DNA of 64,000 nt, from contig CAZYFI010000001.1 in assembly GCA_964646985.1 (NCBI GenBank), forward strand, positions 759-64,758, written 5' to 3'. Numbering within the stretch: the stretch's first letter is position 1; each line of letters starts with the position of its first letter. The notes under the pieces were generated by a model, which did no database searches, was not told the origin of the DNA, and saw only the letters and a program-made list of their open reading frames with translations. This DNA is from an uncultured Bacteroidales bacterium (GTDB lineage: Bacteria > Bacillota_I > Bacilli_A > ML615J-28 > CAG-698). Below are positions 18,815 through 28,969 of this stretch, piece by piece. A program made the translations under genes and the position numbers.

Positions 18815-20215
18815 TTATCCAATTGATCCTTTCATTTCTAATTTGATCAATTGATTTAATTCGACCGCATACTCCATTGGTAATTCTTTCGCAAACGGTT
18901 CAATAAAACCCATCACAATCATTTCTAGCGCTTGCGCTTCTGTTAATCCTCGGCTCATCAAATAAAACAATTGTTCTTCGCTCACTTTTGAAACCGTCGC
19001 TTCATGTTCAATTCTCGCTTTTTGATTCAAAACGATATTCAAAGGAATGGTGTCGCTAGTGGATAAATCATCGAGTATGATGGTGTCACACTCAACATGA
19101 CTTCTGGCTCCCACGGCTTTTTCACCACAAGAAACTGTTCCGCGATAATTGACTTTCCCACCACCACGGCAAATAGATTTTGATACAATCGTACTCGTTG
19201 TGTTTGGTGCCAAATGAATCATTTTTGCACCGGTATCTTGAATTTGCTTGGCACCAGCAAAGGCAATGGAAATGGTTGTGCCTTTGGACCCTTCTCCTTT
19301 TAAAATACAAGAAGGATATTTCATATTGACGGAAGAACCGATGTTTCCATCAATCCAATCCATATGTGCTTTCTTTTCACACAAAGCACGTTTTGTAACC
19401 AAATTCACAATGTTGGTTGACCAATTTTGAATGGTAGAATAACGGCAATATCCGTTTTCTTTCACAAATATTTCTACAATGGCTGCATGAAGAGAATCTT
19501 TTGAATAAATAGGGGCCGTACACCCTTCTACATAATTTAATTTCGCGCCTTCATCAACAATAATCAAAGTGCGTTCAAACTGACCCATTTGGGCAGAATT
19601 AATGCGAAAATAAGATTGTAACGGTTTTTCTAAAACAACATTTTTAGGAACATAAATAAAGGATCCACCGCTCCAAACTGCAGAATTTAAGGCAGCAAAT
19701 TTATTGTCAGCATAAGATACGAGTTTTCCAAAATATTGTTTGACCAAATCAGGATAGCGTTTTAATGCGGTATCTGTATCACAAAACAGCACGCCTTTTT
19801 GTTCGAGTTCTTCAATTGTGGAATGATAAACGACTTCTGATTCAAACTGCGTCGAAACACCGGCCAAATATTTTCTCTCGGCTTCAGGAATGCCTAACTT
19901 TTCAAACGTATCCTTTATTTCTTCAGGTACATCTTCCCAATTGTTTTCTACTTCTTGACTCGATTTAATATAATAAGTATAGTCTTGAAAATCTAAAAAA
20001 GACAAATCAGGCCCAAACGAAGGTAGAGGCATTTGTATAAATTTGTGATAGGCTTTTAAACGAAAGGCAAGCATCCAATCAGGCTCTTTCTTATAATGAG
20101 AAATGGCTCTAATAACTTGTTCGTTTAACCCTTTTCCGGTGTCATAAATACTTGAAGTTTTTGTTTCAAATCCATATTTATAATCACCAATAATTTTGTT
20201 AATGTCATCATTCAT
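18815..20215 (-). CDS. sufB: Fe-S cluster assembly scaffold SufB
   Basis: 466 aa with a typical SufB C-terminal region (VNLVTKRA..., [20 protein letters not shown]...). Confidence 0.93.
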   Translation of the reverse strand: MNDDINKIIGDYKYGFETKTSSIYDTGKGLNEQVIRAISHYKKEPDWMLAFRLKAYHKFIQMPLPSFGPDLSFLDFQDYTYYIKSSQEVENNWEDVPEEIKDTFEKLGIPEAERKYLAGVSTQFESEVVYHSTIEELEQKGVLFCDTDTALKRYPDLVKQYFGKLVSYADNKFAALNSAVWSGGSFIYVPKNVVLEKPLQSYFRINSAQMGQFERTLIIVDEGAKLNYVEGCTAPIYSKDSLHAAIVEIFVKENGYCRYSTIQNWSTNIVNLVTKRALCEKKAHMDWIDGNIGSSVNMKYPSCILKGEGSKGTTISIAFAGAKQIQDTGAKMIHLAPNTTSTIVSKSICRGGGKVNYRGTVSCGEKAVGARSHVECDTIILDDLSTSDTIPLNIVLNQKARIEHEATVSKVSEEQLFYLMSRGLTEAQALEMIVMGFIEPFAKELPMEYAVELNQLIKLEMKGSIG

Positions 20216-20636
20216 CTATATCACCATCTAAAATTTGTTCAAAGGCTTTCCAAGCAATGGTAGCGCATTTGATTCTTGCCGGAAACTTTGCCACACCTTG
20301 AAATACCAAAGCTTCTTCTAATTCATCCAAGTCTTCTATCGGTTCATTTTTAATCATTGCAAAATACTTATGCAAGATTCTTCTAGCATCATCCACTGAC
20401 TTGTTGCTCATTAATTCTGATAACACGCTAGCGCTAGAACAGCAAATGGAACAACCCGTTCCTTGATGATTGACTTGCTTGATGATTTTATTTTCTATTT
20501 CTGCTTCTATCGTTATATCATCACCACAAGAAGGATTCTTAATATGAACCTTAGAAAATCCTTTTAATCCTTTATGACGAGGATTTTTATAGTGATCCAT
20601 AATCACTTGTCGATATAAACTTTCTAAATCATTCAT
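20208..20636 (-). CDS. sufU: Zinc-dependent sulfurtransferase/scaffold SufU (IscU-like)
   Basis: NPSCGDDI ... [12 protein letters not shown] ... conserved Cys ligands. 142 aa. Confidence 0.9.
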   Translation of the reverse strand: MNDLESLYRQVIMDHYKNPRHKGLKGFSKVHIKNPSCGDDITIEAEIENKIIKQVNHQGTGCSICCSSASVLSELMSNKSVDDARRILHKYFAMIKNEPIEDLDELEEALVFQGVAKFPARIKCATIAWKAFEQILDGDIDE

Positions 20637-21852
20637 TGTTTTTACCTAATAATTTCTCAAAAAAAGCGACTGTTTGTTTGATGGTCGCAACAAAACGAAC
20701 AACATCTTCTTTTGTATTGTATATATAAAACGAAGCTCTCAATGTTCCTTCACAGTGCAACCATTTGGACACCAATTGCGCACAATGATGACCTGCTCTT
20801 AAGGCTATTTGTTGTTCATCAAAAAAAGTTGCCGCATCATGAGGATGAACTCCATCAATGTTAAACGTGATAATACCAATGTCTGCTTGAGGGTTATATA
20901 GGGTAATTCCCTTTATTTTTGATAATTCTTCTAAAACAAATTCATGTATGATAGCATCTTGTTTTTGAATAAAATCATATCCCATTTCTTCAATCAAATC
21001 ACAAGCAGCGGCCAATCCAATCGCCTCAGCAATGGGTGGAGTTCCTGCTTCAAATCGATAAGGTATGGGCTTGATTTCCACTTGATCACGACTAACAGAT
21101 TCATTCATATCACCACCATAAAATAGGGGAGGTAATTTTTTTAACCACTTGGCCTTCCCATATAATACACCTATTCCTGTTGGCCCAAGCATTTTATGTC
21201 CAGAAAAAGCCAAAAAATCACAATCCAATGCTTTTACATCGACAGGAAAATGCGGAACTGCTTGTGCTGCATCCACCACAACAATTGCTTGCTTTGCGTG
21301 AGCAAGCGATATGATTTCCTTTATTGGCGTAATGTATCCCATTACATTAGAAACATACGTGAAAGCAACAATCTTCACTTGGTCATCAAATACTTTTAAG
21401 AAGTTTTCTATTGTAATTCTTCCATCCTTTGACAAAGGAACATATACCAACTGTGCATGCTTTCTTTCACATAATTTCATCCAAGGGAGCAATGAACTAT
21501 GGTGTTCTAATTCTGATACAATCACTTTATCATTTTTTTGTAATACTTGCTCTCCCAAAGTTAAGGCGATCATATTGAGACTTTCACTGGCGTTTTTTGT
21601 GAAAACAATTTCTTGTTCACTAGCATGGATGAACTTAGCAACCTTGTTTCTTGCGTTTTCATATTGTTCAGTTGCAAAATAACTCAGTTTGTATACACCT
21701 CGATGAATATTGACACCATACTGCTCATAATATTCATTCATGGCTGAAGTGACTGCTTTTGGTTTGAGTGAAGTTGCTGCACTATCCAAATATACCAATT
21801 GTGGATGATTTTCAAGCATTGGAAATAAGGAACGAATTTTTGAGTGTTCCAT
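20629..21852 (-). CDS. sufS: Cysteine desulfurase SufS (class V aminotransferase)
   Basis: PLP-lysine block FSGHKMLGPTGIGVLYG and active-site RAGHHCA. 407 aa. Confidence 0.93.
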   Translation of the reverse strand: MEHSKIRSLFPMLENHPQLVYLDSAATSLKPKAVTSAMNEYYEQYGVNIHRGVYKLSYFATEQYENARNKVAKFIHASEQEIVFTKNASESLNMIALTLGEQVLQKNDKVIVSELEHHSSLLPWMKLCERKHAQLVYVPLSKDGRITIENFLKVFDDQVKIVAFTYVSNVMGYITPIKEIISLAHAKQAIVVVDAAQAVPHFPVDVKALDCDFLAFSGHKMLGPTGIGVLYGKAKWLKKLPPLFYGGDMNESVSRDQVEIKPIPYRFEAGTPPIAEAIGLAAACDLIEEMGYDFIQKQDAIIHEFVLEELSKIKGITLYNPQADIGIITFNIDGVHPHDAATFFDEQQIALRAGHHCAQLVSKWLHCEGTLRASFYIYNTKEDVVRFVATIKQTVAFFEKLLGKNNE

Positions 21853-21860
21853 AGGCCCTC

Positions 21861-22751
21861 CTATAAGTGGGAATTTGTTTGCATAATCAAATAAGATTTC
21901 AGTTTTCCAGCGGGTACTTCACGAATTAATGGCCAAATAAACCCGTTAATGATTAATTTTTCTGATTCTTCTTTGGTTAATCCCCGACTCATTAAATAAT
22001 ATAATTCTTGATCGTCAATGGCACCAATGGATGCTCCATGGGACGCCAAGCAATCGTGTTCATTGATTTCTAGCCAAGGATTTGCGCTAATTTTTGATGT
22101 TTCATCTAAAATTAAGCCTTTGGCTTTTTGTTTTAATATTGCTTTTACGGCGTTTTTTTCGATAATCCCATCTGTGAAAATATTGAGTAACGATTGATGA
22201 TGAGAAATACCGTAATTTTGCAAGTTAGATTCCGTGAATGCAACATGGTGTGTTACTTTATAACTAAAATCTTGCGTTTTCCCAAAACTGTTAATCATGA
22301 CATTTTTTGTTTTATAATTTGCCTTTTCTCCAAGCAAGTGTACTTGCTGTGAGCAGTTACAGACGTCTTTACAGATAAATAACATATTGTTGCTCAATGT
22401 GGCTTGTGAAAAAACGTTGGCATTGGTTGTTATCTTAGCACTAATTCCTTCGTTTGTGCTAACGTAACTTAAATAATCAATATTGGCATTTTTATGAACT
22501 TTGATTGTCTTTTTTAAAGTTTTGGCTTCATGAAATAAAACGACTTCTGATATATGCACTTGGCTGTTTTCTAAAAATTCAATATCAAAATTGCAATCTT
22601 GATCAATGATATGGATGAGCTTAAACTTTCCCGATTGAAAAGCAGGAAGCACATTGGTTTCATTATAACTACCAATCACAACACCATTTTTCAAAATAAA
22701 ATAAGCATCATGCAAATCAATAAACTCATTCATTAATGGATTCATCATCAT
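21861..22751 (-). CDS. sufD: Fe-S cluster assembly protein SufD
   Basis: 296 aa with a SufBD-family C-terminal beta-helix region. Its position between sufC and sufS is canonical. Confidence 0.85.
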   Translation of the reverse strand: MMMNPLMNEFIDLHDAYFILKNGVVIGSYNETNVLPAFQSGKFKLIHIIDQDCNFDIEFLENSQVHISEVVLFHEAKTLKKTIKVHKNANIDYLSYVSTNEGISAKITTNANVFSQATLSNNMLFICKDVCNCSQQVHLLGEKANYKTKNVMINSFGKTQDFSYKVTHHVAFTESNLQNYGISHHQSLLNIFTDGIIEKNAVKAILKQKAKGLILDETSKISANPWLEINEHDCLASHGASIGAIDDQELYYLMSRGLTKEESEKLIINGFIWPLIREVPAGKLKSYLIMQTNSHL

Positions 22752-23566
22752 TTATCCTTTGGGATTTTAAAAGCACAAGTACCTAAAACAGCTGACATTT
22801 TTTCTTGTTCATCTTTGATATCTAATTCGGCACGCAACCAATCGTAACCTTCTGCATCAATTTTCGCAATCAAATCTTTTTTCCCGCTTCGAACAATTTT
22901 TCCGTTCATCATAATATGAACATAGTCAACATCGATATAATCCAACAATCTTTGGTAATGCGTAATCACTAGGGCTCCAAAATTTTCTCCTCGCATGTTG
23001 TTTATATTTTCACCAACAATTTTCAAGGCATCTACATCTAATCCACTATCGATTTCATCAAGAATGGCAAAATTAGGTTTCAACATTTTCATTTGTAAAA
23101 TCTCATTGCGTTTTTTCTCACCACCAGAAAACCCTTCGTTTAAATAGCGATGAGGTAAATCAGCGTGCATCTTTAAGTCGCTAACTGCTTGATCAAATTC
23201 ACGGATGAATTTAAACAAGGATATATGCTTTCCTGGTTCTAGTCTAGCTTGCATTGCCGTTTTAATGAAATCGGAATTGGTAATCCCTGGGATTTCATTT
23301 GGATATTGCATTGCTAGAAAAATTCCCTTACGACTACGTTCATCAACGCCAAAGGCTAGTAAGTCTTCGCCATCTAGAGTCACACTACCTTCTGTCACTT
23401 CATATTTATAATGCCCCATAATGGTGGCAGCAAGTGTGGACTTTCCTGTTCCGTTTGGTCCCATGATGGCATGAATTTCACCAGTACGAATTGTTAAATC
23501 GACTCCTTTTAATATTTCTGTATCTTCCACAGAAGAATGTAAATTTTTAATTTCCAGCGTTCTCAT
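22748..23566 (-). CDS. sufC: Fe-S cluster assembly ATPase SufC
   Basis: MRTLEIKNLHSSVEDTEILKGVDLTIRTGEIHAIMGPNGTGKSTL, the signature FSGGEKKR and Walker B ILDEIDSGLD. Start moved from 23626 to ATG 23566, which has RBS AAGGGAG. The longer ORF-track start would overlap apbE by 80 nt. Confidence 0.93.
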   Translation of the reverse strand: MRTLEIKNLHSSVEDTEILKGVDLTIRTGEIHAIMGPNGTGKSTLAATIMGHYKYEVTEGSVTLDGEDLLAFGVDERSRKGIFLAMQYPNEIPGITNSDFIKTAMQARLEPGKHISLFKFIREFDQAVSDLKMHADLPHRYLNEGFSGGEKKRNEILQMKMLKPNFAILDEIDSGLDVDALKIVGENINNMRGENFGALVITHYQRLLDYIDVDYVHIMMNGKIVRSGKKDLIAKIDAEGYDWLRAELDIKDEQEKMSAVLGTCAFKIPKDK

Positions 23567-24722
23567 GATAAACTCCCTTATAAACATAACCGATGCTTTC
23601 AACTGCTGTATTGAATTCGAAAACACCTTCTAACCCTGAAGATATGTACACTTCTTTTTTGCCACTGTTTTCTACCACCCAAACGGCATCTAAGTAATCA
23701 AGAGCATTGATTAATGACATTCCTCGGTCTAAACCCAAAGCAAAAAGAGTTGTAGAGAAACCATCTCCAACAATAGAATCTTGACACACAACTGTAACAG
23801 AAATCACTTGATTGTCAATGGGATATCCTGTTCGTGGATCAAGAATATGGTGGTACATGATTCCCTCTTCATCTTTAATATATTTTTCATATGTTCCTGA
23901 AGTCACAACTGTAACATCGCTTAAGCGCATCGTCCCATATGTTTTTACTGTATCATCGTCAAACAAACCTACAAAAGGCGTTTGCACATCAACTTTCCAT
24001 GGAATGTCCTTGGAATCAGATGTGATTCCATCTCCTAACAATAAAATATTACGTCCTACATCAATGACTGCTTTTTCATAACCAAGAGATATCAAATACG
24101 TTTTTATTTTATCAGCAGCATATCCTTTTACAATCGCTCCTAAATCAAGTTTCATATTCTCTTCTGTTAAAAAAATCGTCTTGTTTTGTTCGTTGATTAT
24201 TACTTTATCTTTATCAACCAACAATAGCAAATCCAAAATATCTTGTTCGGTTGGCGGTTCTGTTCGATTGTCCATATAAGGATCATATAAATGATCCACA
24301 AAATTCCACAAATCCCATACCGGCGCAATCGTTGGATCAAATAAATACTTACCTTCAACCAAAGAATACTGGCTGATTTCCATCGCTTTTTTCACAACCG
24401 TTAATACTTCATCGCTTACAACCATTGGAGCAATTCCCGCTTGGCCATTCAATCGCATTAACTCGGTTTCAACACCATCACCACGATCTTGTATATTAAA
24501 GATTTCATCTAAATCAATCAATATGTTATCTAATTCTTCATACAATTCATTTAATTCTAATTCTGTTTTCTTTTTAGAAACCAAAACAATTTTATTGGTT
24601 GTATTAAACGAATCACTTAAATTCATTGTGTATACTTGATAATCATCGCCACATCCCACTAAAAATGACAACACCAAAACAAGAAGTGGTAATATAATAC
24701 TTTTTCTAGCTATTTTTTTCAT
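23547..24722 (-). CDS. apbE: FAD:protein FMN transferase (ApbE family) lipoprotein
   Basis: Signal peptide with lipobox LVGC. ApbE blocks GAIVKGYAADK and the C-terminal DGFSTTLFALG. 391 aa. Its last 20 nt overlap the sufC start. Confidence 0.78.
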   Translation of the reverse strand: MKKIARKSIILPLLVLVLSFLVGCGDDYQVYTMNLSDSFNTTNKIVLVSKKKTELELNELYEELDNILIDLDEIFNIQDRGDGVETELMRLNGQAGIAPMVVSDEVLTVVKKAMEISQYSLVEGKYLFDPTIAPVWDLWNFVDHLYDPYMDNRTEPPTEQDILDLLLLVDKDKVIINEQNKTIFLTEENMKLDLGAIVKGYAADKIKTYLISLGYEKAVIDVGRNILLLGDGITSDSKDIPWKVDVQTPFVGLFDDDTVKTYGTMRLSDVTVVTSGTYEKYIKDEEGIMYHHILDPRTGYPIDNQVISVTVVCQDSIVGDGFSTTLFALGLDRGMSLINALDYLDAVWVVENSGKKEVYISSGLEGVFEFNTAVESIGYVYKGVYHENAGN

Positions 24723-24785
24723 AGACTAACCTCATGATATATTTCGTATATTATTATACTCTTATTTGCTCGCTTTTGCATCAAA

Positions 24786-24821
24786 TGTAATAACAAAAAA
24801 AGTCAACTCACTGAGTTGACT
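24786..24821 (-). terminator. Rho-independent terminator for the 24808..25437 gene, overlapping its stop codon
   Basis: Perfect 9-bp stem agtcaactc-act-gagttgact with T-runs on both strands. Confidence 0.6.
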
Positions 24822-25437
24822 CGTTTTCTTTTTTTTCTGTCATCATTTCGGCTTTCCGACGGCGGTTGCTTAAGAACTCTTGTAAATCATAAATGTTCTG
24901 TCCTGTTTTGGTTTTTCCCCAAGCCTCATAATAAGCAATTAATTCTTCTGCAACAGGTTCTTGACCAAAATCATGAAAAATCATTTCTTTCACTTGTGAT
25001 AAAGATTTTTTCTCATTTTCAGAAATGACAATATAAACTTGTTCTTTTGCTTGTTCCAGCACCAAAGATGCTTGCACTTTATACTGTGCGATTTTTTCAT
25101 GCTTTTTATCCCAATCTGTTTTGATTTCTTTTAATTTTTTTTGTGTTTTTAACACCAAAAATAAAGCATAAAAGAAAAAAGAACCATTGATAATATATAA
25201 AAGATAAATTAACTTAAGGGGTTCAATTGCTCGAAACACAACCATAAATGTCACAACAACGAGTAAACAAATCGTCCAACCCAATCCATACAAACGATTA
25301 TTGCGTTCTTTTTTTGCTGCTGTAAATTCAGGAAAGTATTCGTTATTTAAAACATTTAACTCATCAACAAACAATTGCTTTAATTCATCTTGTTTCGCCA
25401 ACAAAGCATTCAATTGTTCGGTTTTCATAATTTGCAT
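24808..25437 (-). CDS. Hypothetical membrane protein (2 TM, coiled-coil-rich cytoplasmic parts)
   Basis: 209-aa ORF with its own extended -10 promoter (TGtGTTATAAT at 25461..25471) and RBS AGGAGTG. Confidence 0.45.
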   Translation of the reverse strand: MQIMKTEQLNALLAKQDELKQLFVDELNVLNNEYFPEFTAAKKERNNRLYGLGWTICLLVVVTFMVVFRAIEPLKLIYLLYIINGSFFFYALFLVLKTQKKLKEIKTDWDKKHEKIAQYKVQASLVLEQAKEQVYIVISENEKKSLSQVKEMIFHDFGQEPVAEELIAYYEAWGKTKTGQNIYDLQEFLSNRRRKAEMMTEKKENESTQ

Positions 25438-25480
25438 ATAACACTCCTAATATTTCATTCATTATAACACAAAAAAATAG

Positions 25481-25521
25481 AAACCAAAAGAAAAAGTTAA
25501 GAGCGGGGGGCCCTTAACTTT
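25481..25521 (-). terminator. Rho-independent terminator after the lipoprotein gene
   Basis: aaagttaag-agcggggggcc-cttaacttt hairpin with a GC-rich loop and T-rich flanks on both strands. Confidence 0.65.
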
Positions 25522-25539
25522 TTGTATGAAATTGGGATT

Positions 25540-26940
25540 TTATTTCCCCCACATACCACGAGTATTGTCTTTACCTTGACGGAATTGTTCTTTTATTGCA
25601 TCGATTTGACCTTTGGTCTCTTCTTTTAAAGCTTCAAGTTCTCCTTGATAAGTTGCTTGTAAGGCTTCAACTTGTGGTTTTACGATATCATGAAACAATG
25701 CTTCTAAATCTGATAGATTAACACCGATTGCTAAGAATTTAGCTTCATATTCACTTCTTAAAGTACGGAACGCATTCATCCAATCAAATTGAGCTTTTAC
25801 TTCAACATTGACTCCTTGATCGTTGATGCCGAATTTGTATCCTTCATGTTCATTTGCAAACTCATTTTTGTATTGTTCTTTGTGTTCTCTAATTTGTTCA
25901 TTCACGGCTTGGATTTCTTGCCATTTTGTTTGAAGTTGTGTGCGTAATTGTGTGTGTTGTTCTGTTCCTTCTTTTACTCTATTTAATTGCGCACGAATTT
26001 GAATCATTTCATTCATCTTTGTTTGTCTTTGTTCAAGAAGTTGTTCAAATTCAACATCAGTTGCAACTTCAATGGTTGCTTCTTCTTCCACTACTTCTTC
26101 ATCTTCAACTGGTAACACTTCAATTGCTTTCACAGCATTTAAATATTCTAAGTAAAGGGCGATGACATCGGCAACGGTTGCTTCTGATTCCACTAATACT
26201 GAATCAAAGAAACCCTCTTCTGCGATAATCATTGCATCATAGATAAATTGAACACGGCTAATGGCAAACTCACCACGAGCTTCTTGACGGAATTCGAAAT
26301 AACGATCACGAAGTTGTTCGCCAATAAATTCTTTCATTTCTTGACGGTGTGTTTTTACAATGGCATTCAAATCTTTTACAGCCATCGTTGCTGCAACTTC
26401 AAGTGTTAGTGTTTCGTCAAATTCCATTGCTAATTGCGCTAATTTTAATTTTCCAACACTGATTCCTAATGATTCAGCCAAAGCAATCATTTCTGCATTT
26501 GCTTCTTGGCGAGCTTCAATGACTTCCATGGAAACTTTTTCTTTATCAGAGAATCCACGAATACGGTCACGGATTTTCTTTTCCAACTGTTCTGTTGCTT
26601 CATCATCTTCACCAACAGTGGTAACAATAATTGCGTTTTCGGCATCAAAATCGATAAAGCCCATTTCTAATGCTAAAGCAATGATTGCTTCTACCGTCTC
26701 ATCCACTGTTTTGCCAACGAAGTCTGTGTCAATTAATAGCATTTCTGCATCTTCGTTTAATCCATTTACTTCGCTTACTAATCCTGCTTCATCGGTTAAA
26801 ATTTCGATGGAAGGATTAATGTCTAATACAACATATGCATTTGATGCATAGTCAGTGTTACTAGTGCCAATGGTGCAACCATATAGCCCTAACGATAGTG
26901 CTACCAAGAGCACTCCTAAAAATAAGTTAAATTTTTTCAT
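25540..26940 (-). CDS. Secreted coiled-coil lipoprotein, paralog of the extracytoplasmic domain of the adjacent anti-sigma factor
   Basis: Start set at MKKFNLFLGVLLVALSLGLYGC (lipobox) with RBS AAGGAGAG. Residues ~35-200 align to anti-sigma residues ~75-240: VVLDINPSIEILTD / VSIDINPSLELETD; VDETVEAIIALALEMGFI / VDEAIEIFVELAIEYGYL; ISVGKL / VSVGKM. Confidence 0.6.
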   Translation of the reverse strand: MKKFNLFLGVLLVALSLGLYGCTIGTSNTDYASNAYVVLDINPSIEILTDEAGLVSEVNGLNEDAEMLLIDTDFVGKTVDETVEAIIALALEMGFIDFDAENAIIVTTVGEDDEATEQLEKKIRDRIRGFSDKEKVSMEVIEARQEANAEMIALAESLGISVGKLKLAQLAMEFDETLTLEVAATMAVKDLNAIVKTHRQEMKEFIGEQLRDRYFEFRQEARGEFAISRVQFIYDAMIIAEEGFFDSVLVESEATVADVIALYLEYLNAVKAIEVLPVEDEEVVEEEATIEVATDVEFEQLLEQRQTKMNEMIQIRAQLNRVKEGTEQHTQLRTQLQTKWQEIQAVNEQIREHKEQYKNEFANEHEGYKFGINDQGVNVEVKAQFDWMNAFRTLRSEYEAKFLAIGVNLSDLEALFHDIVKPQVEALQATYQGELEALKEETKGQIDAIKEQFRQGKDNTRGMWGK

Positions 26941-27004
26941 TTTTTTCTCTCCTTTGTCCTTCACTCATATAACAAACAAATACAACGATTTGTCAGTAAA
27001 ATGA

Positions 27005-28411
27005 TTATTTTTCTAAATATGCTTGATAAGAAGTCGTAAAGTTTACAATCAAATTGCTTTGTTTAAAAGCGCTGCTAACTTGTGGGGATTGCATGAGTGC
27101 CTCATATTGATTCATGAGTACATCAATTGCCCGTTCAATACGACTATAATGCGCATTGGGGTTTTTTTCAATGACATCAATGTATGTTAGTACTTGATTA
27201 ATAATGTCAAATATTTTTGCTTCTGTTTCGTTATATGTTGGTAAATCGCCATTTGGTAATTCACCTATTTCAAAATCATCATCGAAAACAAAGTCAAAGT
27301 TGATTTCATTGTTTTGAATGTCATCTGGCATTTGAAAACGAAAGGCTTTAACTTGGCTTTCAAACTTAGCTTTAATCGATCCTTCAATGCGGACTGTTTT
27401 TGTTTCCATGTAATGATTTAATCCGTTTAAGAAAGCCGCATATCTAGCATAGTTCGTCAGATTCTCAGGATGAACATTCGGAAAATAAGTAGCAAGCAAA
27501 TTATTAACCCGTGTTTCAACTGATGCTAAACTTTCATTGTTTTCAATCATTTCTAAAATGTCAGAAATTTCATTCAAAATGATTTGTTTTTGATTTTCTA
27601 AAGAGACAATTGCAGAATCTTTCTTTTCGTTTAATTCTTCGACTTTTCCACGATAAGCATTCGCAAATTCTGTGATTTTTTGGCCATCATAACCACGAGA
27701 AATTTCATTCAATTGTTTTACATTTAGCATCTTTGCTTGTTCTATTGTTAAGGATGCATTTTGTGCTTGCGCTTTTTCAATTAATAACATTTTCCCAACC
27801 GATACTTGATTGGCCTTCGCAAGCTCTTTTGTTTCGCTATCTGCTGAGGCAAGCACAATTTTCCCTTGCAAGTTCTTTTGTTGTTTGATGATTTCAACTT
27901 TCGCTTGTAACCTTGTGTTTAGTGCCTCTTCAAATGTAGAATCTTGATTAATCGCAGCAATGAATACTTCGGCATCGACATCTTCAGCCTCTAAATATCC
28001 ATATTCAATCGCTAACTCAACAAAGATTTCAATCGCTTCATCCACGGACTTATTCACCAAATTCAAGCCTTCTTCTTCCATGAGTAATTGGGCATCAACA
28101 TTCATAGAACGATAACTGACAACAACATCATGAACATCGGTTTCTAATTCTAGTGAAGGATTGATATCAATTGATACAATGGTGTTTGTAAACACAGTAG
28201 GTGTGCTTTTGTTTAAACCAAAATAAGTAATTCCGGCAAAAACAATCAACAAAGTGGCAAGTCCAAACGACCATGCTCTATTAAAGGATATGCTAGGTTT
28301 ACCTATTTTTTCTTTTTGTATTGGAATTTGTGCTAATATTTTATCTTTTAAATCAGGAACAAATATGCGACTTTCTTCTCTTAATATTTTTTTAAGTAAT
28401 GTCTTTTTCAT
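27005..28411 (-). CDS. Membrane-spanning anti-sigma factor (short cytoplasmic N-terminus, one TM, large coiled-coil ectodomain)
   Basis: It starts 1 nt after the ECF sigma stop. About 45 cytoplasmic residues, then the TM helix WSFGLATLLIVFAGITYFGL, then a 400-aa extracytoplasmic domain. This is the standard ECF sigma/anti-sigma gene arrangement. Confidence 0.6.
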   Translation of the reverse strand: MKKTLLKKILREESRIFVPDLKDKILAQIPIQKEKIGKPSISFNRAWSFGLATLLIVFAGITYFGLNKSTPTVFTNTIVSIDINPSLELETDVHDVVVSYRSMNVDAQLLMEEEGLNLVNKSVDEAIEIFVELAIEYGYLEAEDVDAEVFIAAINQDSTFEEALNTRLQAKVEIIKQQKNLQGKIVLASADSETKELAKANQVSVGKMLLIEKAQAQNASLTIEQAKMLNVKQLNEISRGYDGQKITEFANAYRGKVEELNEKKDSAIVSLENQKQIILNEISDILEMIENNESLASVETRVNNLLATYFPNVHPENLTNYARYAAFLNGLNHYMETKTVRIEGSIKAKFESQVKAFRFQMPDDIQNNEINFDFVFDDDFEIGELPNGDLPTYNETEAKIFDIINQVLTYIDVIEKNPNAHYSRIERAIDVLMNQYEALMQSPQVSSAFKQSNLIVNFTTSYQAYLEK

Positions 28412-28412
28412 A

Positions 28413-28940
28413 TTATCCCTCCTTTTCTACAATCATTCGTAATTTATTCAATGCTTGTTCTAATTTCCAAGTAACACCACTCGTTGACAAATTTAACATT
28501 TCACCAACTTCTCTTCGCTTGTAACCTTCTGTCACGCACAACATAACAATCATAAATTCTTCATCTGATAAATGCTTTGCGGCCAAATCAATTAATGGCG
28601 TATCTTTCCTAGATGGTTTCTCATCAACCAGCAAATCAGCAGTATCGACATCAATGATTTGTTCGCGTTTTTGCTTTTTAAATTCATTGATTGCTGTGTT
28701 TTTCGCAATCATAGCAATCCACGCTTTTGGCGATAGGCTTTGAGTATATTGGTTTATTTTTTCGTATACCTTCATAAAGACGTCTTGTGTCAAATCTTCT
28801 GCTTTTGTATGGTTTTTCATAATACCATAAACAATATAGTAAACCATCCTTGATGTTTCTTCATAGATGGTATCAAAAGCACTTGCATCACCATTCTTTA
28901 ATTGTTGCATACTTTTTTCAAGTCGCAATTGATTGAACAT
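28413..28940 (-). CDS. ECF-family RNA polymerase sigma-70 factor
   Basis: Region 2 (DLTQDVFMKVYEKI) and region 4 HTH (LSDEEFMIVMLCVTEGYKRREVGEMLNLSTSGVTWKLEQALNKLR). 175 aa. RBS GGGGGAA. Confidence 0.85.
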   Translation of the reverse strand: MFNQLRLEKSMQQLKNGDASAFDTIYEETSRMVYYIVYGIMKNHTKAEDLTQDVFMKVYEKINQYTQSLSPKAWIAMIAKNTAINEFKKQKREQIIDVDTADLLVDEKPSRKDTPLIDLAAKHLSDEEFMIVMLCVTEGYKRREVGEMLNLSTSGVTWKLEQALNKLRMIVEKEG

Positions 28941-28969
28941 AGTATTCCCCCCGAACTGGCTATGTACCT

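Noticed and set aside
23567-23626. N-terminal extension of sufC (MFSNSIQQLKASVMFIREFI...)
   Set aside because: It would overlap apbE by 80 nt. The internal ATG at 23566 has an RBS and matches the conserved SufC start MRTLEIK.
26360-26851. 163-aa Ser/Ala-rich ORF on the plus strand
   Set aside because: It is entirely antisense to the well-supported lipoprotein gene. Its composition simply mirrors the coiled-coil Glu/Leu codons on the coding strand.
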